This document shows, piece by piece, positions 53,125-62,600 of a stretch of 64,000 nt of DNA (position 1 is its first letter; every line of letters starts with the position of its first letter). Source of the DNA: Candidatus Omnitrophota bacterium (GTDB lineage: Bacteria > Omnitrophota > Gorgyraeia > Zapsychrales > Fredricksoniimonadaceae); NCBI GenBank assembly GCA_015232565.1, contig JADFZK010000001.1, positions 77,160 to 141,159 on the forward strand, in the 5' to 3' direction. The notes below the pieces were generated by a model. That model ran no database searches and was not told the origin of the DNA. It worked only from the letters and a program-made list of their open reading frames with translations. A program made the position numbers and the translations under genes.

Positions 53125-56100
53125 ATGTATTTTAAACGGTTGGAAATATTCGGCTTTAAGTCGTTTGCAGAGAAGACTGTCTTTAATTTCGAGCCCGGGG
53201 TCACGGCGGTAGTCGGCCCCAACGGCTGTGGTAAAAGCAATGTCTTCGATGCTATCCGCTGGGTTCTGGGTGAACAAAGCGTTAAGCAATTGCGCGGCGG
53301 CGAGATGCAGGATGTTATTTTTAACGGTACCGACACCAAGCTGGCCTTGGGGTTTGCCGAGGTCAGCGTGGGGTTCAGTAACACCACGCGCACGTTGCAG
53401 ATCAATTCTGATGAAGTGGTGATCACCCGCCGTTTATTCCGTTCCGGTGAGAGCGAATACCTCATAAATAAAGAACCTTCCCGCCTTAAAGATATCACCG
53501 AATTGTTCATGGGTACCGGCGTGGGCGCTGAGTCCTATTCTCTGGTCCAGCAGGGCCGGGTGGACCTGGTGGTCAGCGCCAAAGCCGAAGACCGCCGGAT
53601 GATCTTCGACGAAGCGGCCGGCATCACCAAATACAAATCTAAAAAACGCGAAGCCCAGCTTAAGCTTAAAGAGACCGACGATAATCTTTTGCGTATCAAT
53701 GATATTGTCGTCGAGGTTAAGCGGCAGATCTCGTCCATTGAGCGGCAGGCCCAAAGGGCCCAGCGTTACAAGGAAGAGTTCGAAAAGCTTAAAGGCCTGG
53801 AGCAGGTGCTGGCGTGTTATCAGCTGGATGGCTTTCGCCGGGAGAAAGACGAAGTACTGGCTTTCCTGGCGGAAGTGCAGGGTAAAGAAACCACCGGTTC
53901 GCTCGAGCTGGATGAATACCGTCAGGTAGTGGAGCGCGAAGCTTTGCTCGTGGAGGACTTGGCGGCGCAGGTGCAGTCCTTGCGTGAGCAGGATATAAAA
54001 TTACAGAACCAGATCGACATGGCCAACCGCCAGTCCGGCTTTGATGAAGAGCGTTTGACGAACCTGGACCAGAATGAAGAACGCATTGCCGCGCAAAGAA
54101 TAGTCCTGGCTGAGAAATGCCGCAATCATCAGGAAAAGATCACCGAGCTGGAGGCGGCGCTGGGTCTGTTCGACCAGACAGTTGCGGAAGCTCTGGCCGG
54201 CTTGAACGAGAAAAAGACGGCGCTGACGAATGCCGCCCGGGCTATCGAAGAGTGCCAGGACGCCATGCGCAACGACGAGGAGAGCATCCTGGGCATTACG
54301 TCCCGCCAGGTGCAGAATGTTAATGCTTTGACGGAAGTAATGAAGGAAACGCAGGGGTTCCTGGCGCGCCGCCGCCGGCTGGAAGTGGAGCAGGCCAAGT
54401 CGCAGGGCGAGAAAGAAGATATCGACCGCCGGCTGGCCGGAGTGTCACAGGGCATGGTGGATGTTATGGCCCGGCGCGACCGTTTAAGCCAGGATCTGCA
54501 GCGGGAGAAAGCCCTTTTGGCCAGCCAGAATGAAGAGCTGAATGCCCTTTCTTTGTCTATCGACGGGCTGGAGAAAAAGAAATTTTTCCTGATCTCGCAA
54601 AAAGATTTTATTGAAAAGATGCATGTGCAGTACCAGGATATGCCGGATCCGGTGATCGACGGGCGTTTCCTGTCGGGCAGTGTGCCGGTGGCCGGGCAGA
54701 CCGGGTTTATGGGCAAGATCAAGGAAGTTATTGCGGTGGATCCGGCCCGTAACGAGAATTTGCAGAGCCAGTTAAGCCGTTTTACCGGCCCGGCTCTTTA
54801 CGAAATCATTTGCGAAACCAAATTCATCGAACTGGACCCGCAGTCCCTGGCGGCGCAGATCAGCGCTATTGAGGACGAGATCAAGTCGTTGGTCATTGAG
54901 AAACAGGTTAAAGTGGCAATGGTCTCGGACCAGTCCCGGCTGGTGGAGCGGGTGCAGGCTGATATCCATGCCGAAGAACGCCGTTTGTCGGTGTGTGAAG
55001 CCCAGCAGAATGATATCGGCCTGGAAGCCAGAAAGATCATGGACGAGATCCAGGCGGTGGCTTTGGAGGTGTCCGAGGTGGAGCAGGGTTTGCTGCGCCT
55101 TAAGGATAGTGATGACCTGTTAAAAGCCGAAGCCGCCCGGATCGACGAGGAGCTGGCTTTTATCCGTAACGGGCTTAAAGGCCGGGAAGAATCGCTGGCG
55201 GGCAAGCGTCGGGAACGGGAAGAGGCCGCGGTGGCTTGCGCCCAGATGGAGAGTGAGCTTAAGGCTTTGAAAGATAAAGAACGTTCCTGGCGCGATAATC
55301 TGGCGATGTTCCGGGAGAGCCTCAACAGCTGTCTGGATGAGATCAGCCGGTTGCAGGTTGAAGCGGATTCCTGCGGCGAGCGGCGCCTGAAACTTAACGA
55401 GGACATTGCTCTTCTGCAACGCAATATTGAGGAGTTCAAGGCGGCGAGCCAGGAATTACGCGGCTCATTGGGCCGCCTGGAGGCCGAGGAACAGGATGTT
55501 TCCCAGCGTTTGTCGAGCGTGCGTACGCAGATCATGATGATGGAAAAAGAGATCGCCGACAATCGCGATATGGTCCATGAAAAAGAAATGAAGGTCCAGC
55601 AAATAGAGTACCAGGAGCAGGCGGTCCGGGAGCGCGTGTTCCAGAAATATAACATTGACCTGGCCGTGGCTATGGCTTCGCCGGGTGTGGCTTTGGACCT
55701 GCCTGGTTTCAACGGCGTGGATTCCGAAGGGACTGCGGGTCAGCCGGCGGCCGAGCCGCAGATCGATAGCGAGGCCCTCAAGCGCGATATCCAGGCTTTG
55801 GCCAAGCGTTGCGAATCTTTCGGCGGTGTTAATTTGATGGCGATCGAGGAATTTGAAGAGCTGAAGAACCGCTTTCATTTTCTGACCAAACAGCAAAGTG
55901 ACCTGTTGGCTGCCAAGGACTTGCTGGACCAGACCATCCGCAAGATTAATAAAACCACCCGGCAATTGTTCACCGATACTTTTGTGAAGGTCAACGAGCA
56001 GTTCCGGATGTATTTCCGTATGCTGTTTAACGGCGGCGAGGCCCAGCTGGTTTTGCTGGACCCCGAGAACGCCCTGGAGTCCGGGATCGAGATCGTGGCC

Positions 56101-56565
56101 CGCCCGCCCGGCAAGAAATTGCAGACCATCAGCCTCCTTTCCGGCGGCGAGAAGACCATGACGGCGATCGCTTTGATCTTTGCGGTATTCCGTGTTAACC
56201 CCAGCCCGTTCTGCGTGCTCGACGAGATTGATGCGGCTCTCGACGAGGCCAATGTGGACCGTTTTGCCAGTGTGCTTAAGGAATTCGCCAAGATAGCGCA
56301 GTTCATAGTTATTACGCATAATAAAAAGACTATTGCCCATGCGGATGTGATGTATGGCATTACCATGCAACAGACCGGCGTTTCCCGAGTGGTGTCGGTG
56401 AAATTTGCCGAGAAGGCCAAAGAGCCGCTGGGTGCCGCGGCGATCGAAACGGCAGCGTCCGAAACATCTCCGGCAGTTGAGCCTCAGCAGGAAACCGTCT
56501 CAACTCCGTCGGTGCTCCCCGAAGCGCCAGCCCAGTCCCCGTCCGAAGCTTTCGCTGAAGTATAA
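53125..56565 (+). CDS. smc: Chromosome segregation protein SMC (hinge apparently reduced)
   Basis: GFKSFA, Walker A GPNGCGKSN, LRGG.M.DVIFNG, Q-loop QG, long coiled coils, G.VNL.AIEE, LSGGEK, LDEIDAALD and QFIVITH. Confidence 0.93.
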   Translation: MYFKRLEIFGFKSFAEKTVFNFEPGVTAVVGPNGCGKSNVFDAIRWVLGEQSVKQLRGGEMQDVIFNGTDTKLALGFAEVSVGFSNTTRTLQINSDEVVITRRLFRSGESEYLINKEPSRLKDITELFMGTGVGAESYSLVQQGRVDLVVSAKAEDRRMIFDEAAGITKYKSKKREAQLKLKETDDNLLRINDIVVEVKRQISSIERQAQRAQRYKEEFEKLKGLEQVLACYQLDGFRREKDEVLAFLAEVQGKETTGSLELDEYRQVVEREALLVEDLAAQVQSLREQDIKLQNQIDMANRQSGFDEERLTNLDQNEERIAAQRIVLAEKCRNHQEKITELEAALGLFDQTVAEALAGLNEKKTALTNAARAIEECQDAMRNDEESILGITSRQVQNVNALTEVMKETQGFLARRRRLEVEQAKSQGEKEDIDRRLAGVSQGMVDVMARRDRLSQDLQREKALLASQNEELNALSLSIDGLEKKKFFLISQKDFIEKMHVQYQDMPDPVIDGRFLSGSVPVAGQTGFMGKIKEVIAVDPARNENLQSQLSRFTGPALYEIICETKFIELDPQSLAAQISAIEDEIKSLVIEKQVKVAMVSDQSRLVERVQADIHAEERRLSVCEAQQNDIGLEARKIMDEIQAVALEVSEVEQGLLRLKDSDDLLKAEAARIDEELAFIRNGLKGREESLAGKRREREEAAVACAQMESELKALKDKERSWRDNLAMFRESLNSCLDEISRLQVEADSCGERRLKLNEDIALLQRNIEEFKAASQELRGSLGRLEAEEQDVSQRLSSVRTQIMMMEKEIADNRDMVHEKEMKVQQIEYQEQAVRERVFQKYNIDLAVAMASPGVALDLPGFNGVDSEGTAGQPAAEPQIDSEALKRDIQALAKRCESFGGVNLMAIEEFEELKNRFHFLTKQQSDLLAAKDLLDQTIRKINKTTRQLFTDTFVKVNEQFRMYFRMLFNGGEAQLVLLDPENALESGIEIVARPPGKKLQTISLLSGGEKTMTAIALIFAVFRVNPSPFCVLDEIDAALDEANVDRFASVLKEFAKIAQFIVITHNKKTIAHADVMYGITMQQTGVSRVVSVKFAEKAKEPLGAAAIETAASETSPAVEPQQETVSTPSVLPEAPAQSPSEAFAEV

Positions 56566-56664
56566 ATTCTTTCAGTTAATTAGCTTGGGGCATTGATCAG
56601 TTTTTGGCTGTAAATTCGTCCTCCCCTTGAAATTTCCCCTTTTATAGTGTTTACTTACCAGTAA

Positions 56665-59600
56665 ATGATGGCGCTAAGCTTCCGATTACGCAGGTGGGTG
56701 TCTTTTTTTGTCTTTTGGGCTTTCCTGGCCGCTGAAACGGTCTCGACGGCACGGATGGCTCCGGGCCTCGGCCTGTCGTCGGAACCGGCTTTGGTGAATT
56801 TAAGCCGGCCGGTTAAGCCGTTGCTTAAAGGTTTACAGCTGGATCCGGCTCAGCCGTACAAGATCAATTTCCTGGTGGATAAAGGCGGCCTGGATAATGA
56901 AGGTAACAAATCCCGGGCGCTGGGTTTTCGCCGGGATACCGATGAGCTGGTGAAATATTTTCTGGCCGGCCTGACGGTTCCCCGGGGTGAGTTCTGGGTT
57001 AACCTTTCGCCGTATGAAGTCCGCAGGATAATCCCCGATGGTTTGGGCCGGACCGGTCTGGGCCGGGTTTTCCTTGAGCAGGACCTAAGGCTGAAGAACT
57101 TAACCGCCAGCCTGTTGTACCCGCAGAGCGTTACCGGTCGAAAGGTCTGGGAGCAGATCTACGCCGCGGCGTATGCAAAATACGGCACCACCGAGATCGG
57201 GATGGATATATTCAACAAAGTGTGGGTAGTGCCTGATGATCCTATGATCTATGAACGGCCTTTGCCGGCTGCCGGCGCGGGCTTGGAGACGGCGTATATT
57301 ACCCGCGCGAAGTTGAAGGTTATGCTGGATTGCGATTATGCGGCGGCAGGTTCCGCCGAGGCCCGTGCGCAGGCCGCTATTGATCCAGGCCAGAGCGGGG
57401 CCGTTGTAAATGCGGAGGTTTCTTCAGCCAGTGATCATGAGCTGGCCAGGAATATTCTGCGTAATGTTGTTATTCCCGTGCTGGAACAGGAAGTAAATGA
57501 AGGCGCTGGTTTTGCGCCATTACGGCAGGTTTACAATGCTTTGATACTGGCGGGATGGATGAGAAGCAAGATCCAGGCGCGGGAATTGGCTGCCTATGTT
57601 GATGCCAATAAGACTGCGGGGGTGGAAAATGGCGAGCCGGGCCTGAAAGAACGGGTCTGGAACAAGTATGTTGAGACATTCCGAAAAGGTGTTTTTGATC
57701 TTATACAGGAAGAGGAAGATCCCGCAACGCATGAACTTCTGCCGCGCAAATATTTCTCCGGGGGTTTTGATCTCAGCCAGGCGGCAGTCCCGCGGGTCAG
57801 TCACGATCTGGACGCCTCGGCGCTTCCTGTGAGACAGGAAATGGTGACGTATAGAATTAATCCGTTATCAGGCAATGGGGTGTTTAATATGGCGGACCTG
57901 GAGCGTCAGAAGAAGCCCCGGAAAGTAATTACTGAACAGCCCGCTGATTCGGACTCATCGGCAAATGCATTGGCAGATCTGTCAATTGAGGCAGATGAGC
58001 TGGTCCCGGAGCAGGTGCCTCTCGGTTCTAAAGAGCGGGAGCAGTGGATAGCTGGGCATATGGTGCCAGATACGGATCTGGAATTTAGTCTTGGGCGTAG
58101 GGCTGTTTTTGCCGATTATGTTAAAGCCGCCCGGGAAGCTTTTGCGGTGAAACATCATTCCAGGCAGTCGCGCTTGCGCGCAGGCGACTTTGGAGTGCAG
58201 GCACTTAATGTTCTTGTTCAGGAGTATGCGGCCAAAAATCGTTCCGGGATTATCGATGTAGGAAGCTTGATCCCGATGTTGGAGAGTTTTGCACCACTGG
58301 CGTATGACACCGGGTCTTTACAAGCCGTAGTGGATTTTATTAAAGTTAATTCATTGATTGATCAGCATAATATCGGAGCTTTGGCAAACCTTTTGCAGTC
58401 AGCCAAACTAGTTGGTTTGCGGACCGAGCTGTCCTTCTGGTTTCTGCAAGAAGAGATCCAAATGGATAATTTTATGACTAATATGCAAAGCCTGTTGTTT
58501 GCCTTGGAGAATCAACCTGCAGAAGCCTTAATGAGTAGGCTGGTTGGGCGAATGGGCTGGATTCAGGTAATGCATAGTACTGTTCGGCGACGTATTCAAG
58601 AAAGGGTCAAGCCGAAGGGTATAGGGATCCGGCAAATTATGACTGAGGCTGAAAAGGCGGTCTGGCGGGGTTTTTTTGTTGAATTTGAACAGATATTAAA
58701 TGATGGTGCTTTGCGGTCGTTCTTTGCACAAAGTTCATTTGAGGATATTTATGATGATGTGGTTTTTCACATCCATAATGTTTTGTCTTTAGTTGAGCGT
58801 GGAGAATTGCCGTTTATGACAGAAAACGGGACTGTGGCGGAGGCGATCGGGCGGGCGCATATTCCGGCAGAAACAATGTTCTTGCATATCAGCCCGGTTG
58901 TTAGGACGGCAGGAATAGAAAATCTTATTAAGGTCTTAAGATCCAGAGACAGGGCTTTTTCGGATGGTGAACTATATTTTCTGGATCGGTTAGGGAAAAG
59001 ATATTTTGTCCATAGTTTAGGAACTGATATTCGGGGATATTTTCCGGTAATTTCTGGCTTGATCGGCTTGGTTTCGCGTTATGTCAATGGGGGTTTTGAA
59101 GAGGTTCGGGAGGTGAATGATTTAGGGTCGGCTCAGCAGATTATTGGAGAATTGAATACCATTGCGAACATGCACGAGATGCGTCATGTGGCAGATGTGG
59201 CAGATGCATTGTCGGTTTTCTTGGTTTATGGTATTACTGCCAGGCCGGAAGATCAGGCGGTTTTCGATCTGTTGGAAGAGCGGCGTTTGGCGATGTGGGA
59301 CCTGATCAAGGCCTTGGCATATATGATCGGAAACTTTAAGTTGGAAACCGACCGCTCGGTCTCTGTGTTCTCTTTGGCTGAGATTAAAAGAATGTTGCTT
59401 GCTGTTGAGACATTGAATGCTCAGCTGGTTAAACATTTACAGGATTATGAGGTGCCAGAGGATTCTTTGGAGTTAATGTTGGAGTCTGTGGATTCAAGCT
59501 ATGACAGCATGTTTAGTCTTGAGCGGATTATCGAGCTTGCCGGATCAGGCGTGGCTAGTCCTGCAAGGGGGGCTTTCCGGGAGATACTTCAGGAGGTTAT

Positions 59601-62600
59601 TAAGCAGATCTCCAAATCTCAAGATGGTTTCGCCGGAACAATAGAAGGGGTACTTCCTGATGTGCGGATCCTTCGTTACGACATTTATTTATTGCTTAAA
59701 AATCTGGTCGTTAATGCCAAACAAGCGGGGGCTCGAAATGTGGTTTTGACGGCCCGGGCGGTTGGCACTGAAGTTTCAGGATCGGGATCAAAAGGTACTG
59801 GGCTGGAGCTGGTGGTTAAGGATGATGGGCCGGGAATGGCTGAGGAACAAGTTTCCAGGATAATGAGCCGGCAGGGTTTTTCCACCAAAGAGCTGGGCCA
59901 GGGAAAGGGCCTGTTGGGTGTGTGGCAAATAGTGGATCGTTATAACGGTGTGATGAAGGTCAAATCAGCCCCGGGTCAGGGGGCAACGTTTACGATTGTT
60001 TTTCCGGAAAGCGCATCGGCAGGCGGGGTGCGCATTGAAGGGCAGTCAGCATTGCTACCGTTAAGTGAAGATCTCGCCGGTAATGTGGCCGATCACGCCG
60101 CCCAGTCCGAGTTGCTGGCGCAGTTTCCGGAGGAGTATTTTGACCGTGAGTCAATCATTGCCCGGTTACGCGGTATGCCCGGCCCGGAATACAGTATTGC
60201 CTATGAGCCGTTTGTGGTAATGGGGGAAGGGCGGGAGGTCTCGGTTAAAGTTGCCTGGAACATCATTATTAAAGGAACGATGAGAAGCGCGCATTTGACA
60301 GTGAGGTTAAACGGGCAAGGAAATCAATATTATGAAGTGGATTATGATTACAATATCAGTGCTGGTGTTGAGCGTTTAATAAATGCTCATGAGTATGCCA
60401 GTTTTGAGAGAACTCCGCGAATGAAGGGCCTACTTAAAGCGTTGCGCTTCTTGGCGCTTGATCGAAAGGTGCCTGTTATAAATGTTAGGTTAATGAATTC
60501 AGAAACTTTAAGTCTTCTTATGAGTTTCGATAATATGGGAGCTGCACATTCTCAGAAGGCAATTTCGTTAATAGGCAGAACGACGCCAGCCTATTTCTTG
60601 TGGTGGGACATGACTGCGTTTGAAGATGTGTATTTGCCTAGCGGGTTGCGGCTATCTATCGGGCGTTATTGTTTTAATTTTAATCAATTTGGTTCTTCGG
60701 AGAAAGCCGAGCGTTTGCAAGGGATGTTCCGTCAAGCCACGGAGGTCGAGCTGGCTAATTATGCCGGGCCGGTTGATATTAAACTTGCACCGGAACGCCG
60801 CGATCTGTTGCGTGCCCGATACCCCGGCCGTGGCGCGATTGAAGCCCTGGCTGCTGTATTCAAGTATGAGCGAAAGAAGGTGCCGGTAAATGGCGATGCC
60901 TACGATCGCATTCTGTCCTCGGCCCTTCAGCGTCAAGAAAAGCGCTTGCGTTCTATTGCCGCCGCGAGTCTCAGTCAAAAGGAAATGGCAATTAACCCGG
61001 CGGCTTCGGTTGTGGCGGATAAAACAAAAGATTTCTCCGCGGCTCAGGAGGCGTTTACGGCACGATTCAAGCCTGTTGAGTTTAGCGGCGCAGGCAGGCT
61101 GGTTCGGATGGAGACATACGTAGATGACTTCTTTTACAAAAGTATTTTGAAGAACGGCTTTGTCCCCAGAAGCCTTAGGGCTGATCCTGGTATTGGCGTA
61201 ACGTATTTTCCGGATAATGTATCATTTCTCTTGTTGTTCGATTATTTAAAAAATCTGGGCATGCTGTTATCAACGAATAATTCCGGGGATGATGTTTCTA
61301 ACATTATTTACCTGCTGGATCCGCAAAAGGTTAAGGCGGGCCGCCAAAGTTTTGAATTGGCGGGAAGTTTCTTTGCTGAGGATTCTAAGCGTGACAAAGT
61401 ATTCAAACGGGGTTTGGCAATGCTGGGCTATACGGAAAATGACAAGTGGACTGGGCGCTTAAATGCGGCGCCCGATGAAATTCAGGCCCGCGACAAGGAG
61501 ATTGTTCCGTTTGATTATGTGGATAGCGTGGTTGTTCACCCGGACAACTTCGATACGGTTGTGCGCTGGAATGCCCAGATGGGAAGAAATGATCTGAAGG
61601 TATATGTTTTTGATCCGCAAAACAAGCGGGAATATGTCCTTTATGAGCCTAAAGAGCTTTCGGCAGGTTTGTTGCCGGAAAAGCCAGGAATCCAGGCTGA
61701 TTCGGGTTTGATCGGGTTGGAGGCGTTGAGTGCGTTGTTAAAAAGCCCTGGCGAGCGTACGCCCTTTCCTGTGGAGGCGTTTGACCTTCAGTATAATGTC
61801 AATAAATTACGGGCTCTGAGGGGAAGCAAGAAAAAGAGCGTTTCTTATTGGCCGTTTAAAGTGGTAGCGGGCGGACGGGAGGTTTTAGTTAGCATTGTTT
61901 GGGAAAGGGGAGAATTATTAACGGGGCAGGAGCATTTCTCTTTTAAAATTTTCTTTGATGGAGAAAAGACTGAAGGTTTTTGTTTGAATTTTTCCTACGG
62001 GAATGGCGTTGACCAGAAGCAAGGGATCATTGATAGCAATGCTTTGTCGTTGACGAGAACACCTGAAGCCGGGGAGATTGTTAAAGTGTTAAGCCCTTTG
62101 ATTTTGGCTGGTTCGGGGGGTGTGCTTGAAGGATCAGAGACTAAGTCTGCCGCCCAGTCCGAGTTGCTGGCGCAGTTTCCGGCGGAGTTTTTTGACCGTG
62201 AGTCAATCATTGCCCGGTTACGCGGTATGCCTGGCCCGGAACGCAGTGTTTCCTATGAGCCGTTTGTGGTAAGGGGGGAAGGGCGGGAGGTGTCTGTTAA
62301 AGTTGCTTGGTATATGTCTTTATCCGGAGACAAAGAATTAAAGTATCGTTTGAGCATTATTCTTAATGGGGATAAAAAACAATATTACACGGTTTATTAC
62401 GACTACTATCGGACTATTGAAGGAAGGGAGAAATTAAGGTCGGTTGATGAGTATGCCAGTTTCAAAGATGCCCCGCGCATGGCCGGATTGTTTAAGATAT
62501 TGCGTTCTTTAGCGCTGGACCGGAGTGTCCCTCTTATTGATGCAAATATAACCAATCAGGAAAGCCTCGATCTGTTAAGAAGTTTTGCTTATCCGGGGGA

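Noticed and set aside
54129-56420. Long reverse-strand ORFs (197, 304, 301 and 181 aa) opposite smc
   Set aside because: These are antisense shadows of a GC-rich coiled-coil gene with no recognisable motifs. The same applies to shadows opposite pgk, glgC and the rSAM genes.
60097-62310. Near-identical repeat pair as a diversity-generating retroelement TR/VR
   Set aside because: Mismatches are not confined to adenines (C/T, T/G and G/T changes occur), both copies are in-frame coding, and no reverse transcriptase is present in the window.
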